Positions 49,848 through 55,408 of a stretch of DNA of 55,408 bases are shown here, piece by piece. The stretch comes from Candidatus Altiarchaeota archaeon (GTDB lineage: Archaea > Altiarchaeota > Altiarchaeia > IMC4 > SCGC-AAA252-I15). The position numbers were made by a program, and so were the translations under genes. Where the stretch lies: the NCBI GenBank assembly GCA_043813075.1, contig JBDRLL010000022.1:1-55408 (forward strand). The letters are read 5' to 3'. How positions within the stretch are numbered: position 1 is the stretch's first letter; each line of letters opens with the position of its first letter. The notes beneath the pieces are model-generated. The model saw only the letters and a program-made list of their open reading frames with translations. It had not been told where the DNA came from and did no database searches.

Positions 49848-50999
49848 CTAGATGCTGTCGAGGAAACCCCTCATCCTCACCAAAGCTTCGCTTATCACTT
49901 CCCTGCCCACGCTGTAGCTGCATCTGACGTATCCTTCCCCACTCTCACCGAACGTGCTGCCAGGCACCACCGCAACGTTCGCCTCGTCCAGAAGCCTGTT
50001 GGCGAACTCGTCTGAGGACAATCCCGTCCCAGTGATGTTGGGAAACGCGTAGAACGCTCCCTTAGGCATCCTGCAGGAGACCCCATCACACTCGTTAAGG
50101 CCGTTCACCAGGAGCCTTCTGCGCCGGTCGTATTCACGGATCATCTCCTTCAAGTATCTGCCCACTGACTCGAACTTCAATGCAGCATACTGTGATATCG
50201 TCGGCGCTGACATCATAGAGTACTGGTGTATCTTCATCATAGCCTCTATGACCTCGCTGTTGCCGGCAGCATATCCTAGCCTCCATCCGGTGAAAGCGAA
50301 GGCCTTGCTGAAGCCATTTATCGTTACTGTCCTGTCTTCCATCCCGTTGAATGAGCCGATGCTGTAGTGCCGTTCGTTGTCGTATATCAGGTGCTCGTAA
50401 AGCTCGTCGGAGATTACTGTGAGGTTGTTTTCAACGGCAATGTCCGCAATATCCTCCAAATCCCCCTTCTTAAGAACGCTCCCAGTCGGATTGTTGGGGG
50501 AGGCGACTATTATGGCCTTGGTCTTGCCAGTAATCCTGGCCTTAACGTCATCTGACGAAACCCTGAAATCCTTGTCCTCCATCATCTCAACGGGAACCGG
50601 TTTCGCATGGCAGAACCATACGCACGGCTTGTATGCCACGAAGCTCGGCTCCGGCACGATGACTTCGTCGCCAGGCTCTAGGATGGCCCTGCAAGCTAGG
50701 TCAAGGGCCTCGCTTGTGCCTGTCGTGACCAGCACCTGGTTTCTTGGGTTGACGTCGATGTTGTTTTCTTTCTTGAGTTTTTTAGAGATGAGCTTACGCA
50801 ACTCTATTAGGCCGTAGTTGGAGGTGTATGACGTGTAGTCTTCCTCTATAGCATGTATGCCTGCATTCTTCATGGGGTCTGGCGTGGGGAAGTCAGGTTC
50901 TCCGACACCCAGACTCACGACTCCCTCCTTCTGCTCGACTAATTCGAAGAACTTCCTTATGCCAGAGAAGGGTATGTCCCTGACCCGCCTAGAGATCAT
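49848..50999 (-). CDS. Class I/II PLP-dependent aminotransferase
   Basis: SGIRKFF, LGVGEPDF, SPNNPTG, SDELY, GFSKAFAFTGWRLG. Confidence 0.93.
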   Translation of the reverse strand: MISRRVRDIPFSGIRKFFELVEQKEGVVSLGVGEPDFPTPDPMKNAGIHAIEEDYTSYTSNYGLIELRKLISKKLKKENNIDVNPRNQVLVTTGTSEALDLACRAILEPGDEVIVPEPSFVAYKPCVWFCHAKPVPVEMMEDKDFRVSSDDVKARITGKTKAIIVASPNNPTGSVLKKGDLEDIADIAVENNLTVISDELYEHLIYDNERHYSIGSFNGMEDRTVTINGFSKAFAFTGWRLGYAAGNSEVIEAMMKIHQYSMMSAPTISQYAALKFESVGRYLKEMIREYDRRRRLLVNGLNECDGVSCRMPKGAFYAFPNITGTGLSSDEFANRLLDEANVAVVPGSTFGESGEGYVRCSYSVGREVISEALVRMRGFLDSI

Positions 51000-51005
51000 C
51001 TTTAT

Positions 51006-51497
51006 TCAGCTTACAGGGAGCCTGCGTTCCTTCTCGTCGAACATCAGGCTGCCCGCCCTCTTGTATTCGCTTAGGACTATGTGCGTGTTCGTGCCGACAA
51101 CCTCCTTGCGGGGGGCTAGCTTCTCTGTCACGAAGTCGCTTATCTCCTCCATGTTCTCCCCCTGAACCAGCATCATCAGATCGTATTCCCCGGTTACGAC
51201 AAAGACGTCGAGGACACGCTTGTCTCTGCTTATCTCCCTGCAGGTTTTAGCGAAACCAAGCCTCATTTGAGGGACAACCTTGACTTGTATCAATGCGGAG
51301 ACCTTGCCGCCGTCAAAGGACTTCCAGTCTATTATGGCCTTGAAACCGCGGATAACCCCTTTTTTCCCGAGTTTTTTTATGGTCTTCTCCACTTCATCCT
51401 TGCTTAGGCCGGTCATGGTGGAGATGTCGTCAACGCTGATTCTGCCGTCTTCCTCAAGCAGTTCAAGCAGCTTTTCGCTAGGTTCTTTGTTCGTCAT
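51006..51497 (-). CDS. Lrp/AsnC family regulator (operon with the aminotransferase)
   Basis: wHTH plus RAM domain (VTGEYDL, FVTEKLAP, TNTH). Confidence 0.92.
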   Translation of the reverse strand: MTNKEPSEKLLELLEEDGRISVDDISTMTGLSKDEVEKTIKKLGKKGVIRGFKAIIDWKSFDGGKVSALIQVKVVPQMRLGFAKTCREISRDKRVLDVFVVTGEYDLMMLVQGENMEEISDFVTEKLAPRKEVVGTNTHIVLSEYKRAGSLMFDEKERRLPVS

Positions 51498-51595
51498 TTT
51501 AAGTACCCTGATGATGGTATAAAATTAGGTTTAAAGACCTTAAAAACCAGGGTTTGGTGAGGTATTTAATGGAATAAACCCCCGTATTATATTAT

Positions 51596-54259
51596 ATGCC
51601 AGGCAAAAGCCCGGATACTGTTCCTATTGATGTAGGACAGTCTAGAGCGCAGAGGCTTCAGCAGGAGCAGGCTAGGCAGCAGAAGCAGCCATGTGACCTG
51701 GATTCCACAAGGCTTTTTGAGGGAGTTAGGGTTATTGGAGATCCTATGAAGAAGAACCCTGCTGGAGAGCCCCAGTACCCGTCGCTATGTCTTTTCATCG
51801 CCGATGACTCTAACATCGAACACATAGGCGCTACCACAATCATCGCCTCTGAAACGACCCACGACGATGGTTTGAGGCGCTTCTCGGAGATGGTTGATAA
51901 GAGGAGTGGAGTGGATGTGAGTAGGGTCGAGAGGAGAAGGCGTTCAAAAACACTTAGAGAGTCTTACGTGCCGCTGATTATGAGGGGTAGGGGAGATTGG
52001 ACCGAGTGCTGCGTTCGCATGGACAGTTACGTCAGCATGGATAAGGCTATTCAAGCCATGGAGATAATGAAGAAGGTTCTGAAAGCCAGGGGCGTGGAGG
52101 CTGACAGGGTCCGCATCGTATGCAATGACGAGGAGCGTCTTGTCGATGAGGCGATGAGTTCAGGCAGGATGTTCATGCTTGAGCCGTCAGAAGTGTCTGG
52201 ATACTTCAAGGAAGTGTATATCGAGAACTCCAGATTCACGACACCAACAGGCACCAGGATGTACAAAAGCCCCAGCACTGGAGCTCATCTAGTGCTTCCC
52301 AGAGAGTTTAGGAGGATTGCAAATGGACTACACCCACAATATGAGCGCCATGAAGAGGTTGCGGATGCCTTGCCCAGGGAGGGGGTGAACGCCATGCTCT
52401 CAGAGATGCGTGACCTTTTAAACTCGAGGAACAGGGATGAGATGCAGCAGCTTTCATTTGCGGTTACCGGAGGCGAGATGTGCACCCGCCTTTCAAGAGA
52501 GTTGACTGAGATCGCAGACTACGCCACATCAGGCGAGCCAGGAGCTTGGGTTAATGACGACGAGTCTCTTTCTTCTAGAATAAGGGCTTTTGCCGGGCAA
52601 TACGAGTCAATACTCAGTGAGGAAATTAGCTCAGGAAAACCTCCTGAGATTTCCTTGAGAGACAGGACATACGATATCCTCAGGAACGTGGCCTCCAACG
52701 CCCATGAGATTGTCGGCGTGGACAGGGAATTCTATTCTAGAATCAGGTGGGTGGGTGGCGCGAGGGTTGGTGAAGGGGGGGTTACGATGCATGTGAACGG
52801 AGTACGCCATGTTCCAGGCATCGTGGCGGGCATATGCAGAGAATACAGTGATGAGGGGGAAAAAGGGAATGTGGGGAAAACCAGGGTAGAGCATGTTAAC
52901 ATCGGTTTAACAAGCAATAGCGGCATAGGAAGGGTTAAGGAGGATTCTGGCACACGCGAAGTATTTGTCGTTGAATACAAGCTTAGGGGGGAGGATCGCC
53001 CGCGAGTCCGCATACTTAGAAAACTGAAGTTCGATGATGAATACATGATTAAGAACAAGGGCGCTACTATAGGGGGAGTCGAATATCACACAGCGCACGT
53101 TAGTGAAGCGAAGGCCATTGCCGGCGAGTACACCACATACTGCCTTACGAGAGTGGACGCGTTAAAGCGTATGGGCATGGACATCAGCCTAGCCCCCAAT
53201 CCGATACACATCACTGAAAATCTCGGCGGGAACGTGGAAGGGAGGGTTACTTTCATAGGATACGATTATGTGCCTGGGATGATAACAAGGGATATCCCGG
53301 CTGAAGTTCTCTCAGACACTGACTTTATGAGAGGATTTGAGTATAAGATGGGTGTTATGGGGGCAGATAGGTTAGGATCCCACAACAGGTGGTTTGACAT
53401 GGGGGATGAAGTCTTAGACCCGTCTGGGAACGTTATCGCAATAGACTTTTCAAGGACCTTCGGGGACATAGGGAGACGGCTTGAAGATAACTTGGACGGC
53501 TGCGCCATACACCTGGCGAGAAACCTCACGAAATGCGATGCATTAGGGGTTGATGACACTGATTTGAGAGGGATTAGATCACAGTTCCTAACGGGTTTGG
53601 GCGAGGAACTAGAGAAGCTGAAGTCTCAGGCTATTGGAGGTTCAGCTAGGTTCAGGACGGACGCCTACTCCACTTTGATCGAAGAACCGCCGACTGTTTC
53701 GTCATGGAATCCTGACAGCCAGTGGAGGAAGGCTATGGATGACCTGAAGTCATGCGACCCTGGGAGGATTGCTGGATTGGTTGACGACAGGACTACCGAG
53801 GTTATGAGTGTGCTTAAGGGGGGTAATAGAGGCTTGATGGACGTGAGGAGGATATTGAGCGTCACTGACGCATACAGCCGGCTGCTAAGGGAGTACTATG
53901 CTAACGTCAGCACAGACATAAGCGAGGTCACCAGGGTTGTGGAGGGAGACCAGGATTTCACCACAGACGGGTGGGAGCGGAGAGTGGATAAATTGAATAT
54001 GATGAGGCTAAGCAACCTGGCGCATAAGACCGGGCACGACATCGAGAGGGTGATGAGTTTTGCCAGGGAATGCTCCGCTGACACGACAGCAGATTCTAGA
54101 AGAGTGGGTTCGCTAGTATTCGCAGACAAGGTGGTGGAAAGATTCCGGGGACTGGAACTTTCAGACGGGGATATTGTCCTGATAACCCGGGTTGCGTTCG
54201 ACCAGGAATTCAGTCGCGAGCTTAGAGGGAAAGGCTACTTAACGCCAGTGAAACACTAG
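51596..54259 (+). CDS. Large uncharacterised protein (887 aa), possible atypical kinase-like C-terminal half
   Basis: Long ORF with a Gln/Arg-rich N-terminus; REVFVVEY..., RILRKLK, FDMGDEV...IAIDF. Confidence 0.75.
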   Translation: MPGKSPDTVPIDVGQSRAQRLQQEQARQQKQPCDLDSTRLFEGVRVIGDPMKKNPAGEPQYPSLCLFIADDSNIEHIGATTIIASETTHDDGLRRFSEMVDKRSGVDVSRVERRRRSKTLRESYVPLIMRGRGDWTECCVRMDSYVSMDKAIQAMEIMKKVLKARGVEADRVRIVCNDEERLVDEAMSSGRMFMLEPSEVSGYFKEVYIENSRFTTPTGTRMYKSPSTGAHLVLPREFRRIANGLHPQYERHEEVADALPREGVNAMLSEMRDLLNSRNRDEMQQLSFAVTGGEMCTRLSRELTEIADYATSGEPGAWVNDDESLSSRIRAFAGQYESILSEEISSGKPPEISLRDRTYDILRNVASNAHEIVGVDREFYSRIRWVGGARVGEGGVTMHVNGVRHVPGIVAGICREYSDEGEKGNVGKTRVEHVNIGLTSNSGIGRVKEDSGTREVFVVEYKLRGEDRPRVRILRKLKFDDEYMIKNKGATIGGVEYHTAHVSEAKAIAGEYTTYCLTRVDALKRMGMDISLAPNPIHITENLGGNVEGRVTFIGYDYVPGMITRDIPAEVLSDTDFMRGFEYKMGVMGADRLGSHNRWFDMGDEVLDPSGNVIAIDFSRTFGDIGRRLEDNLDGCAIHLARNLTKCDALGVDDTDLRGIRSQFLTGLGEELEKLKSQAIGGSARFRTDAYSTLIEEPPTVSSWNPDSQWRKAMDDLKSCDPGRIAGLVDDRTTEVMSVLKGGNRGLMDVRRILSVTDAYSRLLREYYANVSTDISEVTRVVEGDQDFTTDGWERRVDKLNMMRLSNLAHKTGHDIERVMSFARECSADTTADSRRVGSLVFADKVVERFRGLELSDGDIVLITRVAFDQEFSRELRGKGYLTPVKH

Positions 54260-54296
54260 CCACAATCATTTATTCACGTAATTCCTTATTCATAGC

Positions 54297-55408
54297 ATGA
54301 GGGTTCAGCGCAGGGAGGAAACCCCGATAGAGAAAAGGGTCAGGCACATGGCTGAGGAAGCCCTCAAGGAATTCCAAGACCCGGAGGAAGCCAAGAACGC
54401 ATTCCTAAAGAGGTTTGGCGCCAACGACATCGCTGAAGACATTAACGCCAAAAGGCACGCGAAGACCATCTTCATGAGGGTCGTTGAAGAGCGTGAAAAA
54501 ACAGCTACAAGAACCCGGCAACATGAGATAGTGACGATACCACATGACTCTGAAGGCCGTAACCTCCGTTTATTTGACGTGCAGGATGGCATTCCACTAG
54601 CGACGGTTGAGTTGGATGAGAGCAATTCTCCTAGATTGAATGCGTATGTGCTGATGCTACCCACTCCCGCGACAGACGGTAAGGCCGTTCTCGTCAGGAG
54701 TGATGAGGGCAGGGACAGCCACGCAGTATGCTTCGCTAAATTAGTCAAAGAGTACCCCGCCCTGCTGCAGGACAACCAAGTCGCTATGGATGCGATGGTC
54801 AGCCTGCTTGTCAGGGGCCGAGGCAGGGATAGGGTATATGTTGGCGTGAGGGCTGACACATACTTGAGTCCAGAGAATTGGAGGGAGAAGAACAGGAGGG
54901 CTATCGAAGTCCTGCAGGATTTTGGAATCCCATCAGGTAAGATAGTTGTCTTCAACAGCCCGGACCCAGCCATATCAAAAGTGTTCATGGAGAACAGCGA
55001 ATTGCACCTACTGTATCCTGAGCCGCGCTCTAAGATAGAGGAAATAAATTTCATAGAAGACTCATACCACCACAAGGTGGGTGGAGGGATGATCCTGCCT
55101 GACGGAACACTGGACCCTGGTATTGAGGTGTACCATAGCGCAGGCAGCGGAGAGAGGTTCGTAACATATAGCGCACTCCACGACATGGTTCTTGAACTGG
55201 ATTCTGTTGGAGACAATAATCTTGCGAAAGCGATGGCAGTCAGGCGACTCGCATCCATAGCAGGCATGATGAACTCTAAAAACAGGGGTGACGTGCCGGA
55301 ACTATCACTGTTCGGGGCAAGTGGTGAGGGGTATAGAGCAAGGTTCGCGCAAGCCTATGATGGAGTGAGGGTGAGGGCGGGATATGTGGGTGGTGGTACG
55401 GAGATGGG
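54297..55408 (+). CDS. Diverged tandem paralog of the 51596-54259 protein (3' truncated)
   Basis: Not in ORF track. Open from the ATG at 54297 (MRVQRREETPIEKR...) to the window end; shares VRADTYLS, YHSAGSGERFV and NSKNRGDVPELSLF blocks with the upstream protein. Confidence 0.8.
   Translation, partial: MRVQRREETPIEKRVRHMAEEALKEFQDPEEAKNAFLKRFGANDIAEDINAKRHAKTIFMRVVEEREKTATRTRQHEIVTIPHDSEGRNLRLFDVQDGIPLATVELDESNSPRLNAYVLMLPTPATDGKAVLVRSDEGRDSHAVCFAKLVKEYPALLQDNQVAMDAMVSLLVRGRGRDRVYVGVRADTYLSPENWREKNRRAIEVLQDFGIPSGKIVVFNSPDPAISKVFMENSELHLLYPEPRSKIEEINFIEDSYHHKVGGGMILPDGTLDPGIEVYHSAGSGERFVTYSALHDMVLELDSVGDNNLAKAMAVRRLASIAGMMNSKNRGDVPELSLFGASGEGYRARFAQAYDGVRVRAGYVGGGTEM

Noticed and set aside
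54305-55267. 320-aa minus-strand ORF from the track
   Set aside because: Antisense shadow of the + strand ORF from 54297, which shows paralogy to the upstream gene.
1-55408. Prophage, integrase, transposase or defence island
   Set aside because: No such genes were recognised; the MazG and TPR genes lie in an ordinary housekeeping context.

Overview
Chromosomal segment of an archaeon. Evidence: histone, rpl12/P1, PAC2 chaperone, archaeal-type LeuRS and ValRS, SepCysS, and a tRNA intron with a perfect bulge-helix-bulge (BHB) motif. Gene content suggests an uncultured Altiarchaeota/DPANN-like lineage (inference). The backbone is housekeeping: thiC/thiM/thiE/thiL, dapL, adk, pscS, a P-type ATPase, glmU-like, valS, leuS, two Lrp regulators and tRNA-Arg(GCG)/tRNA-Ser(GGA). 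It also carries many Cys- or Thr-rich surface proteins and a CcdA/thioredoxin cluster. Scattered among these are about eight highly diverged, signal-peptide-less, mostly Arg-rich/Lys-poor proteins with charged N-terminal extensions. Several are remodelled bacterial-type enzymes: PTS Enzyme I, PfkA, methyltransferases and a tandem pair of possible kinase-like proteins. I propose this set as the best candidate for an undescribed system, possibly host-directed effectors. Items the ORF track does not resolve: a two-hairpin H/ACA guide RNA candidate, a 57-aa SepCysN-like gene, a 30-aa bS22/mS38-like ribosomal protein, a 31-nt covarying hairpin shared by the tRNA-Arg intron and the tRNA-Ser trailer, and a surface DNase I homolog with catalytic residues replaced by Arg. 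No CRISPR array, rRNA or transposase was seen. All calls are by-eye motif recognition; no searches were run.
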